Assembly: GCF_001194135.2 (NCBI RefSeq)
Contig: NC_068983.1
Location: forward strand, 90,115,106 to 90,179,105
Origin: Octopus bimaculoides
Lineage: Eukaryota
Reading direction: 5' to 3'
Length of the DNA stretch: 64,000 nt
The notes below the pieces were generated by a model, which ran no database searches, was not told where the DNA came from, and saw only the letters and a list, made by a program, of their open reading frames with translations. Positions 11,015 through 22,732 of the stretch are shown here, piece by piece. The first letter of the stretch is position 1. Each line of letters opens with the position of its first letter. The position numbers and the translations under genes were made by a program.

Positions 11015-11905
11015 CTGGATTATGAACAAGGAGAATGAATGGGATCAGAGAGTGGAAGTTGCTGTGGTGAAGGGGCCAGTGGAGAGGGTTAATCGGGAAG
11101 AAGTAGTGGACACAATGAAGGAAATGAAAACAAGAAAGGCAGCTGGTCCATCAGAAGTAAGAGTGGAAATGAAAACTGCAAGTGGAGAGATAAGGATTGT
11201 TGTAATGATGTAGCTCTGCCAGGACATACCGGATGGAAGAGGAATGCCAGCTGATTGGGCGGTAAGTGTAGTATTGCTGATCTTCAAGGGGAAGGAGATG
11301 TGGTGAGTTGTGGGGCGTGTAGAAGAGGGAAGTTATTGGAGCATGCAACGAAGATAGTGAAATGGGTGTTGGAGAAAACAATTTGGAAAGGAATGGATGT
11401 GGATGAGATGCAATTTGGTTTTATGCCAAGAAGGGGGACAATAGATGCAGTGTTCATTGTAAGGAGATTGTAGGAGGAATACTGACATTAGGAGAAAGAG
11501 TTGTACATGTGCTTTGTTGAGAAAGCATTTGATATGGTTCCAAGAAAGGTGATTAAGTGGACACTGAGAAAGAGAGGTGTACTAGAGGTAATAGTGAGAG
11601 CAGAGATGAGTTTGTATGAGAGGGTAAAGACAAGAGTGAGAATTGGATCAGAGCTGTCGGAGAATCAGGGATGTGTGTTGTCACTGTTGTTGTTTGCAAC
11701 AGTGGTTGATGTGGTGACAGAGAGTGCAAGAGAGGGATTGATAATGGAGATACTGTATGCAGATGACCTTGTTCTGATGAGTGAGACGATGGAGGGATTG
11801 AGGTAGAAGTTTTGGAAATGGATGGAGGCATTTGAAAGCAAGGGTTTGAAGGTAAACCTCAGGAAGACAAAGGTGATAGTGAGTGGTGTGGAAGGAGAAG
11901 TGTTA
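11015..11905 (+). mobile_element. RTE LINE (family B) RT fragment
   Basis: ENEWDQ, KTRKAAGPSEV, MQFGFMPRRGTIDAVFIVRRL and ILYADDLVL. Same family as 30657-33820. Confidence 0.9.
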
Positions 11906-12747
11906 GTAAGGTGGACAAGTCTCTGTCGCCTGACATCTACCAATAGGTTAAAATTGTCCAAAATGTCCACTCCCAAAATAGGATGCAGTATGTCATCTAT
12001 GACAAAAACCCATTGAAAATCTCAACAAGGATTATTATCCAGGTGTAAAGAAATCTGACCAAAAGTAGCAATGGGAGACGAGTTGATTGCATGCAAAACA
12101 ATGGCAGAATGCTTAGGCCTGTCTGCAGTGAGACGAAGAGGCCAAATACTGCAAGAAGAACCGGTATCAATCATGAAGAGTTTCTTAGACACCAAGTCTT
12201 TTACAAAGAATGCATGATGAGTAGAAAATGAAGAGGAGGGAATTAACATGTTCAATTTCTCCAACACTCGTTTCCCGATGATTGGAAAGAACAAGGCTGA
12301 ATGCACTTACAGGCTTTATGCTGATACCTGGTGTGGTACCAACAAAGACCAGAACTAGAGGAAAAGGAATCGGTCGAGCGTGAATGAGACCAGCTCTGAC
12401 TGCGATGGCGTGAAAAGTTGGAGCGCCCTTGCCAAAGCTCGTCCATTCGGCATGTTAAGGAGTCAAGTTTCTCCACAATCTCATCATGTGATGAGGAAGA
12501 TGCAGCGGAGGAGACCTCTGAGCAAGAGCAGACATGGTGAGGTGCTGGTTGGATAGCGAACTCTAAAATTTTATCAGCCATGGTAGCTAGTTGATCCACG
12601 GTGTTGGTATCAACCACTGTGGCTAAAATGGTTTGCACATTGGGAGATAGCCGGGAGAAGAAAATTTCTGTAAGAGCGAGTTGTCCTCAGTCATGTTGCT
12701 GAGTGTTATATGGACTGTTAGATATGTAATTCGTCTGACGTTCCGTG
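11906..12747 (-). mobile_element. Gypsy LTR gag-protease fragment
   Basis: Gag knuckle CWYHTRYQHKACKCIQPC, protease FMIDTGSSCS, then GVDILDNFNLLVDVRRQRL. Confidence 0.85.
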
Positions 12748-13221
12748 TNNNNNNNNNNNNNNNNNNNNNNNNNNNNNNNNNNNNNNNNNNNNNNNNNNNN
12801 NNNNNNNNNNNNNNNNNNNNNNNNNNNNNNNNNNNNNNNNNNNNNNNNAAGGGGAGACAACCCCTCATAATATTATTAATAATATCATTAATAAATTACA
12901 AACAATCCCCTATTACAATGGAAATCTTTACTATATTATCTCTAGAAGCTTTTGCAAAAACCACAACTGCTATTGGTAAATTATACATTGATATGACCTG
13001 CCTTAAGACCTAATATTATACTATAATACCCGGTCATATTGCAATTTATTTAAACCAGCGAAATGTGTGTCTTGGAAAATGTGTACATCTTAGAGCATTA
13101 TTTGTTAGTTTATTTATCAACTTACCCTTAGAGAATAATATGAAATATAGTTCTAAATTACATAACGAACAATATCTCCTACCCTTGTCGTACGGGATAG
13201 ACCTCCTGATGACCGACCATT

Positions 13222-13430
13222 CTAACGAATATTGCTTTTTTTGTTCTTTGTACTTGCTATTTTACTTCTATCTCTAAAGGTACTATAATGATTAGATAAT
13301 CTTGTACAGATTTGTCCCGAAGTACACCCCAGGTATCGGCTAACATCTGTCTGAGTCTTTACCTTACATTGATAAACTACATTTCTAACTCTCGCATTAG
13401 GGCCTTCAAACTTCAATCTTCTGGGGGTTG
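13222..13430 (-). mobile_element. Penelope-like GIY-YIG endonuclease fragment
   Basis: RNVVYQCKVKTQTDVSRYLGCTSGQICTRLSNHYSTFRDR has VVY...YLG plus the downstream R and H residues. Confidence 0.75.
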
Positions 13431-13789
13431 ACCTCTGTTACTGTAATCATATTCCGATTATTATTACTATTATTATTATTAATATTGTTATTATTATTAT
13501 TATTATTATTAATATTGTTATTATTATTATTATTATTATCATTTATATCAGGGTTCATATCGCTATCCTCCCCAATTCCTTACAAACATTGTAAAAGACC
13601 GCTCATATTATCGTTGAATACTTTATAGTCAAAGGTTAAATCATTATGGAAGCAGTAAATAATAGTAAAAAAATCTGTTAGTGTATAAAATTAATAAAAG
13701 ACGTATGTCAATATTGTTTAGAAAATTANNNNNNNNNNTGTCTATTATAATAAACACAGCATTCAGAATCATCTAAAGCCCGAGATAGG

Positions 13790-14520
13790 TAGTAATATGA
13801 ACAAAAAAACTCACAGTAATAATAATAAGAAGAATAAAATATGGCTAATAATTCCCTATGGGATACAGGTAAAAACTAACATTATTAAAGAGATTTTAAA
13901 TATAATTAAGATATTTATTAAAGACAACAAGAAATATAAGGACACATTTTCTAGCAATGAATTTGGAGCTAGTTACTCTACCATTAATAATGTTGGCAAC
14001 ATCATTTCATCCTTTAATAAATTTAAATTAAATAAGTTTTACAATAATAAATTAATACCTCCTTTGGAGTCCAAATATAATTGATTGTAATTGTAGAGAT
14101 AAGACTAAATGTAAATTTAATTACAGATGTAATGTTGAGAACGTAGTATATAAATGTATAGTAATTTTGAAGGATAATAACTGTAGTAATAATGATAACA
14201 TAAACACTACTTACATTGGATCGACTTCCAATAAGATTAAATCCCGAGTGGCCCAACATATGAATTCCTTTAAGAACAGAAATTTAATGAACTCTATGGG
14301 CCTTAATAAATACATTTGGGAACTTAAATAAAAAAGAATAGAATACGAGTTAAAATGGGAAATAGTTTGCAAGGCTAAATCATAGAGGATATGGAATAAA
14401 TTCTGCTTATTATGTACTAATGAATTTAAAGAGATATTATCAGCTAATAAAAAAATTGTTTAACTCCCACGATGAACATAGCATTAAATGCAGACATAAA
14501 TTAAATTACTTATATAATAA
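13790..14520 (+). mobile_element. Penelope-like C-terminal/GIY-YIG remnant
   Basis: WLIIPYG, CNCRDKTKC, NVENVVYKC, TYIGSTSNKIKSRVAQHMNSFKN, LNKYIWELK and KWEIV...CLLC. Confidence 0.85.
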
Positions 14521-14886
14521 GTTTAGATAACTAATTTATTTATTTAAACCTAGGATAAGGTACCAACTTATAGTTATGATCAGTAGTGTTAAACACATCA
14601 AATTAGCTTTAGAATACACTTTAATCATCACAATATTATACAAAATTAGAAAATATAACTACCTTTACTTTAAGTATTCAGCGATAATATGAGCAGTCTT
14701 TTACAATGTTTCATAGCATTATTTAAGCAATATATAATTTTCATATGTGGTATAGTTATTATTCTGCGTAAATCTGAGAGTTTTAAGTATTTTAGTATTT
14801 TTAATCTTCAATAAACTTTTTATTTTAGGTAGATTTTTTTTTTCGATATTTTCATTATTATTTTAGTAATTATAATACGTATTTAC

Positions 14887-14906
14887 CTCTGGGTAGTAGG
14901 CGCCAT
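14887..14906 (-). CDS. Candidate first coding exon (MAPTTQ+AG) of unidentified gene
   Basis: aacATGGCG start context and donor AG|GTAAAT in a small CpG-containing island. Confidence 0.55.
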
Positions 14907-14962
14907 GTTTATCACGTGACCTTTCAGTATTAATTCTATAGTACTCCCATTTTGGTTTAATT
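14900..14962 (-). promoter_or_regulatory. Promoter-like motif cluster
   Basis: E-box TCACGTGA at 14912-14919. YY1-like cgccatgtt overlaps the ATG and ccattttg lies at about 14947. Confidence 0.4.
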
Positions 14963-14976
14963 TCCACTAAATCGCC

Positions 14977-15396
14977 GGCGCAATGCAGACTCGCGGTCAT
15001 AGGATCACGGTTTCGATTCCCAGACTGGGCGTTGTGAGTGCTTATTGAGCGAAAACATCTAAAGCTCCACAAGGCTCTGGCAGGGGATGGTGGCAAACCC
15101 TCTTTCACCACAACTTTCACTCACTCTTACTACCTGTTTCTGTTGTGCCTGTAATTCAAAGGGTCAGCCTTGTCACACTGTGTCACGCTGAATATCCCCG
15201 AGAACTACATTAAGAGTACACGTGTCTGTGGAGTGCTCAGCTACTTGCACGTTANNNNNNNNNNATCCCCGAGAACTACATTAAGAGTACACGTGTCTGT
15301 GGAGTGCTCAGCTACTTGCACGTTAATTTCACGAGCTGGCCGTTCCGTTGATTGGATCAACTGGAACCCTTGACGTCATAAGCGATGGAGTGCCAA
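14977..15396 (+). mobile_element. tRNA-headed SINE (family B)
   Basis: ggcgcaatg head, B-box-like ggtttcgattccc, and body shared with 2295-2606. It contains a 10-N gap. Confidence 0.8.
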
Positions 15397-15532
15397 CATA
15401 CATATATATGTATATATGTATATATATGTAGGTATGTATGTATATATTCTATGTACATATATATGTATGTATATACATATATGTATGTATGTATGCATAT
15501 ATATATGTATGTATATATATATGTGTGTATAC

Positions 15533-17110
15533 ATATCATCATCATCATCATTGTTTAATGTCCGCCTTCCATGCTAGCATGGGTTGGACCATTTGACTGG
15601 AGACTGGCGAACCAGATGGCTACACCAGGCTCTATTCTGATTTTGCAGAATTCTACAGCTGGATGCCCTTCCTAATGCCAACCACTCCGAGAGTGCAGTG
15701 GGTGCATTTACGTGCCACCTGTACAAAAGCCAGTTAGATGGTACTGGCAACGGCCATGCTCAAAATGTTGTATTTTATGTGCTACCTGCACAGGAGCCAG
15801 TCCAGCAGCACTGGCAATGCCCTCGCTCGAATGTTTCCTTACGTGCCACCGGCACAAGTGCCAGTAAGGCGACGCTGGTAACGATCATGCTCAAATGGTG
15901 CTATTTATGTGCTGCTGGTACGGAAGCCAGACAGCTGCTCTGGCAATGATCATGTTCGGACGGTATTCTTAGCGCTCCTANNNNNNNNNNNNNNNNNNNN
16001 NNNNNNNNNNNNNNNNNNNNNNNNNNNNNNNNNNNNNNNNNNNNNNNNNNNNNNNNNNNNNNNNNNNNNNNNNNNNNNNNNNNNNNNNNNNNNNNNNNNN
16101 NNNNNNNNNNNNNNNNNNNNNNNNNNNNNNNNNNNNNNNNNNNNNNNNNNNNNNNNNNNNNNNNNNNNNNNNNNNNNNNNNNNNNNNNNNNNNNNNNNNN
16201 NNNNNNNNNNNNNNNNNNNNNNNNNNNNNNNNNNNNNNNNNNNNNNNNNNNNNNNNNNNNNNNNNNNNNNNNNNNNNNNNNNNNNNNNNNNNNNNNNNNN
16301 NNNNNNNNNNNNNNNNNNNNNNNNNNNNNNNNNNNNNNNNNNNNNNNNNNNNNNNNNNNNNNNNNNNNNNNNNNNNNNNNNNNNNNNNNNNNNNNNNNNN
16401 NNNNNNNNNNNNNNNNNNNNNNNNNNNNNNNNNNNNNNNNNNNNNNNNNNNNNNNNNNNNNNNNNNNNNNNNNNNNNNNNNNNNNNNNNNNNNNNNNNNN
16501 NNNNNNNNNNNNGAACCTTGGTGGACCCCTACCTCTACCCGGAATTCTTCACTGTACTCGTTGCCAACACTCACCTTACTGACAGCGTCTCTGTACGTGG
16601 CTCGCACAGTTCTCACTAACCATTCTTCTATCCCTAGTTTCCTCATTGACCACCAGATAAGGGATCGGGGGACCCTGTCAAAGGCTTTCTTCATGTCAAC
16701 AAAAGCCAAGTACAGAGGTTTATCTTTGGCTAGGTATTTCTCCTGCAGCTGTCTTACCAGAAATATAGCATCAGTGGTGCTTTTCCTTGGCACGAACCCA
16801 AACCGCATCTCATCTGAACTGACTCTCTCCCTAATTAGTTAGGCTCTGACTCTCTCCATGACTTTCATTACCTGATCCAACAACTTGATACCTCTGTAAT
16901 TATTTGTATCTAAAGCATCACCTTTACCTTTGTAGGAGTTGACTATGGTGCTGCTACACCAGTCATTGGGTATCACTCCTCCGTGTATCACTTGGTTAAG
17001 AATACGGGTGACTAGGCTATAGCCTACACTGCCAAATATTTTGAGCACCTCTGCAGTGATTCCTGATGGGCTGGGGGGCTTTCCCTGTCTTCATACTCTT
17101 AATTGCTTTA
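15533..17110 (-). mobile_element. 5'-truncated RTE LINE (family A)
   Basis: MRFGFVPRKSTTDAIFLVRQLQEKY...FVDMKKAFDRVP, plus 3' UTR and (GAT)n tail. Highly similar to 26100-26700. Confidence 0.95.
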
Positions 17111-17254
17111 TCTATATATATATGTATGTATATATATAGATTCAGGTGAATATAGTACTTAAGTTTAGGCACCAGAATTAAGTATGGTATTATCCATACA
17201 GATTCAAAATAAGGTGATTAAAGTCAAAATAAGCAACAAGGATATCCAAAGTTA

Positions 17255-17345
17255 ATGCAGTGCGATCGTTTCATGCGACTCCATTTAATTAAGCAATGCG
17301 AACATTACATTGACATGTAAAATGCAAATCAATCCTCAGCTGCAC
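17255..17345 (-). ncRNA. Type I hammerhead-like motif HH3 (decayed)
   Basis: gtgcag-CTGAGGA-[60-nt stem II]-GAAA-cgatcg-CA-ctgcat. U16.1 appears as C. Confidence 0.5.
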
Positions 17346-17419
17346 AAAGATATAGAAATTTACTGAAATTGCATTTCATTTCAACAGAAGGACATATTTT
17401 TATACCTACATTTAAACTC

Positions 17420-17424
17420 TGCAA

Positions 17425-17489
<65 letters not shown>

Positions 17490-17512
17490 ATATATATATG
17501 TATGTATGTATG

Positions 17513-17550
<38 letters not shown>

Positions 17551-17685
17551 TTGTATATGTATGTATATGTACACATATGTATGTTTGTGTGTACGTATAT
17601 ATATATGTATGTGCGTATGTATATATGTATATATACATATACATATATATGCCTGTATATGTGTATGTACATTTATGTATACTAA
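17420..17685. repeat. Compound (TA)n/(TATG)n microsatellite
   Basis: Directly visible in the sequence. Confidence 0.95.
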
Positions 17686-18772
17686 AATGAACCTGTCATG
17701 TGTGCATGTCCCTGTAACTTAGCAATTCAGCAAAAGAGACAATAGAATATTCACCAGTCTTTAAAAATAAGCTCTGGAGTGAATCCACTCAAGTAAAATT
17801 CTGCTAGGTGTTGCCCCTGGATGGCCACAGTCTAGTGACTGGTGCAAGTAAGTGGATAAAAGAACAGAGATACACATCGATAGTTACCTTGGGCAAGTGT
17901 CTTCTACTATATCCTAGTACCAACCGAAACCTTGTGAGTAGATTTGGTAGACAGAATCTGAAAGAAGGCCACTGTATATGTATGTATGGATGTTCTTTCT
18001 TTCTTTCTTTAATTTAGTGTCAATTTTCACCAGCCACCTACTTGGTAGCAAGGTTGTAAAGGAAAGCATCTTGTTGTGTTCATCATCTTTTAAATCTTAA
18101 GATGGTCTTGCAGATTTCTAAAGTCCCAGATATTGTGATCTTTGTACTGTATGAATTAAGGATTTGCATTCTCTCCCCAAGAACCCTAGTTCCGCCATAC
18201 TTTGCTCTAGACTGTTTGGTATATATTCTGTTGCTCCAGTAATAATTGGCATGAAGCTGAAAGTGTGTCTCCTATATGTATGTTTGTATGTATGTATGTG
18301 TGCATGCTTACACACACACACACATCTGTGTGTATGTATATATGTATATGTCTGTATGCGTGTTTTACTATCTTCTTGCCTTGATATTGGACAGTGGTAG
18401 TAAGCAAGTGTCACTGTCATGCAGGATGTGTTCTTCATTTCCAATCTGCTATGTGAACATGTATAGGCACAGTGAAATATTACTTGAAAATAGGTGAGGG
18501 TTGGCAATAGGAAGGGCATCCAGCCATATGCAGGCCTGGATAGGTGGCTGTTTCATACACACACACATTCTCTCTTTCTCTCCCTCATATATATTGTGTT
18601 GATATTTTCAACTGATGCAACCATATCTGATTCGTCGAGCGCTTCAATTCTGTGTGTATACATATATTTACTTGATTGCTGACATTTAGCAATGGTTTCA
18701 TGCATTGTTGTGATATGTCATTTTCTATCATTAATAAAACTGTTTGGCATTTTTTACAATACGGGTATGCTA

Positions 18773-18823
<51 letters not shown>

Positions 18824-19254
18824 TTGGAAGTAGCACCGCAATTGGTAGAGCACAACAGAATCATTTTACATTATCTAATTTGTGATCTTTGCATTCTTAT
18901 TTTAAATCCTACTCTTTTGTGCCTTTGATTGCTCTGTGATTGATAAAACAATATCAAATACTGCAGTCGATTCGACCTCCATTAGAAAATTGCCCTTATG
19001 CTTGCGTAAGTGAACCATTCCTTTCTTTTTCTAACTTCGCTCTTATTTGACAGATTGTAGACGAATTTTGTAATTGATATTAAGGAAGTTGACTGAAATA
19101 CTTGCACAATAATAAAACATGTTTGTTGTCGTCTGGTGCTTTTTCTTCCTTCTCTTTGTTTTAAATTAGAATTCATTACTATTCATTAATTACTGAGTAA
19201 AATTAGCCACTTTTAATTTAAAGTTTACATTCTCTTTTTTCTCTCATATGTAGG

Positions 19255-19300
19255 CATAAGTGCGCGCGTGTGTGGGGCGGAAACCAACGTGACAGTAATA
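19255..19300 (+). promoter_or_regulatory. Possible TESK promoter/5' region (CpG cluster, GC box)
   Basis: tgcgcgcgtgtgtGGGGCGGaaacc in otherwise CpG-poor DNA, 1.7 kb upstream of the ATG. A donor-like aag|gtatgt lies at 20782. Confidence 0.3.
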
Positions 19301-20980
19301 CCCAACGTAATTATCAATTATCACACTCAATGATTTAGTGCCAAAGAATAACAATATTTACATCGTTATAAATATTCTATGGGATAAACATCGAATTGAT
19401 GAATTCTTGTTTATTGACGTTCATATTCAATCACCATACCTTATGTTTTTAGCACACCTGTCAAGATTTTCTTTTTTTTTTTCTCACAGAGATTTTAATA
19501 ATGCTACAAAACTTTGATTATCTTGTCTTTTTTATCTATCTTCCAAATAGTTAGTTTCAAGTTAAAAACTTGAAGCTATAGTGAACAATTAAAAAAAACA
19601 AAAAAAAAAAACAAACTAAAATTAAGTTAACAACTTTTAACGTATTTATCAGGGAAAAACTGCCAGTTTCAGAATGGTTTGTATCTATTATCTTTCTGTT
19701 TATTTACAACTTATCAGTCAAACAATGCATACTCGAGTGACAGTCTTAAAACTTAGTTTGATTCCTTATGTTTTTTAGTTTCGAGACCGACCCACCTGGA
19801 ATATATATCTGTATACGTGTGTGTGTTGTTTTCTTAATTCTATCCAGTCGTATTTTAAAGATTTCTAGCTATTAGACAGCAGTGACGTTTGCTTATAAAA
19901 ATTTTATCTTAACAATATTTACAGGTATTTCCTCTCATTCCAGATAAGAATAGAACTAAAGAATAGAATCGACAGGTTTTGTTCTTCATGGAAAGTTGAT
20001 GAGGGGGAAGAGAATCCTAACAAAATAAGCGAATTATTTTTTCATGTCTGTGTGGTATTTATTTTGAGTTAGATCATTTACTTCACGTGCTGGCTGCTGT
20101 TTGTTGCTGTAGGTAGAAACGGTATACTTTTCGTCGATCTGTTTATAAAAGCTAAATCGCCTTCCTGCTGCTATGTTGCATTGCCCTCTAACGGAACAAC
20201 ACTCCAGCTAAACTCTCTTTTGAAATACTCCAGCAATAAATAATCTCAATTATTTTGAAATGCTTTATACCATCGCAATATAACTAGCATTGAGAAATGT
20301 TTAATGTTAAACAACCATCCGAACATTTTGTTAGTATTTCACTCTTATCAGCATTTTAAACAAATAGCTTTTATTCTTTTCTCTTATCATTCCTTGGAAT
20401 GCTAAACGTTAGTGGTCTACTTGGAAAAAAAAATCTAACGCACCAAACAGTAGTTGCTGCAGATATTAATGCCAGCGTTACTTCAGTACCACAGCAACAC
20501 CCCCTCCCTTTCTTCGCTGTTGTATCCTTCAGAAAAAATTAAATTTCCTTTTAGAATTTTTATTATTGTTTATCGCAAAGGCTTATTTTTAATTATCACT
20601 TGCAACATAGACATTATTGTACTTTTGATTCTAGTAGGTGAATGACCAATGTGTATATTTATAGAAATACGCAGTCTTTCGCGTCATTGACGAATTTTAC
20701 GTGGGAAGATTTCACTCTAGCTAACCATTTTGGTACACACTGAAGCTGTTTAGTGTTAATCTTCGATAAGCATATTGTTAAGGTATGTGTTCATTACGCA
20801 AATCCACTTTTACCTTCAAAATCTAACATTAATGATATAAAAAAATGGAAGTAATTGTAACAAGTAATTTGTATTTTTGTATTGTTAACATGAAAACTAA
20901 TTTTGTTGTCATTCGAACTAAGGTTGATTGTATTTTTACATTCGTTTAGGTACCTGTTTCTGATCATAAAATTTTATAGA

Positions 20981-21304
20981 ATGGTTACTAGTCTCCAAAC
21001 AGGAGAGAACGGCCAGCCGTTCAGTAGTTATCTTAACGGTCCACGGAATCACTTTCGTAGTAGTATGAAAGCTGTTCGCAGCCAGACCATCGATTTAGGT
21101 GAAGAAAGTAGATTTTTTGATGATGAAGATGATGATAACGAATCGGATGTCTCAAATAATTTGTGTCAGGCAGCAGGCAGTAGTTACCGACCTACAAGCT
21201 CGAACTCATGTGAAGCTCTTAAACATGCCGTTTCTGCTCTCACTCGTCTTGATGACTTCATTTGTGAAAAAATTGGAAGAGGCTTTTTTTCAGAAGTTTA
21301 CAAG
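20981..21304 (+). CDS. TESK: TESK-family dual-specificity kinase, first coding exon (108 aa)
   Basis: [33 protein letters not shown] matches the TESK1/2/cdi subdomain I region. Donor AAG|GTAAAT, phase 0. Confidence 0.92.
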
Positions 21305-22692
21305 GTAAATATATTTACAATTTTAATCTCCTTTTTCTTTCATATACTTACAACAGATGTGTGCAAGATACGGGACTATTTTGCTTTTGAAATCTGTATT
21401 ATTAAAAACATAACTTTGCACCAGTTTTAACCTTCCACGCTGCAATTGATTTTTTTTTTGGCTTATTTCTTTACTGTTTTTGAATGATAAAATTTTGGAG
21501 AGCTGTTAACGTCTATAAATCTTCCATATCATTTTTTTTCTGAATGAATGTATTTCAGTAGTTGCCAGAATCTTGGTGAGTGACAGGGTTGGTGGCTTTG
21601 TTTCTTATTTGGACTTCAAATTTTCTTTTGTTCATATCAACCAGAAAATAGTTTGGTCGTGTGTTTGGTGTTAATTTGTTTTGAGGGTATGATCCATGAG
21701 TAATGACTGTCATTATAACACACACCTGGAAAAAAAATTGACGGATTAAAATATAAAAAGTCAGAAAATAACTCTACTTTATTATCCAATGTAGAGTAAG
21801 ATAGATAAGAATTAATATTTAGAAACTCATCAGAAACACTGAGAAGACAAAAACTATCTATAGATGCATGGCGTTAGTAGATGTCCACATATATACAAAA
21901 TATTAAAGATATGTGTGTGGTTAAAATGTTTGTTTTGCAACCATGTGAATCTGGAATACATTGTACAGTACCTTGAGCAGGTGTTTTCTGCAATAACCTT
22001 GTGTTGACGAATATCTGGAAAAATTGCACTTTCTTCAAAGTTCTCTGACATATTTGTTCTTTACAAGTAAAAGATGTTTCTTACTCTCAAAACTCCCATG
22101 AACCAGTGATTAGCCTATTGGAAACCTATAACCAGCAACACTGTTCAGCTACTGCTATATTAAATCCTTACTTAGAGCCTTTAGATTCTCTTCAATAAAA
22201 AGAAATCAATAAATCAGACGATAATTAATGAAATATACAAATAGTTTAGTAAACCAAACTTTATTCTGGAAACAAATTCAATTCAAAATTAGAAAACATC
22301 TATTAAAAGCGAACTTGACTAAAATGCACCTGACGGAAGAATAAATGAGAATCTTATAAAAAAAATTTTAAAAATCAAACTATACAGCATGCATTACAAC
22401 CAATTATAAACTAGCTTTAATAATATATTACAAAAATTAAAAATTTGATCATCATCACCATCCTTATTTAACACCTATACTCCATGCTGGAATGTTTGAC
22501 AGGACCTGACTAGCCTGAAGGTTGCATTGGTGTCCAGTGTCTGCTTTGGCAAGGTTTCTACAGCTGGGTACTCTTTCTTGACATTAAATCTAATGACATG
22601 TTACTTATTATCTCCCTCTTAAAATAGCTACAATATTCAAAATTATCTCTATACAGATAAACTTAATATACTCACCAAAATTGCTTAAATTG

Positions 22693-22732
22693 GTACGAGG
22701 TGCTCTTCTTGTATGCAAGAAGAGCACAGTCA
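22693..22732. repeat. 40-bp hairpin insert flanked by 9-bp direct repeats
   Basis: gtgctcttcttg-tatg-caagaagagcac, with cttaaattg at 22684-22692 and 22733-22741. Confidence 0.7.

Noticed and set aside
15195-15325. Identical ~60-bp tandem duplication inside the SINE
   Set aside because: The copies sit on either side of a 10-N gap, typical of an unmerged contig overlap.
1042-16808. Long ORFs full of X
   Set aside because: They are artefacts of N gaps; only the RTE part of 15978-16808 is real.
18982-19176. 64-aa minus-strand ORF near the TESK promoter
   Set aside because: No motif or splice support; likely chance.
20903-21430. 175-aa ORF as a single-exon protein
   Set aside because: Kinase similarity stops at the GT donor at 21305; the flanks are intron or UTR.
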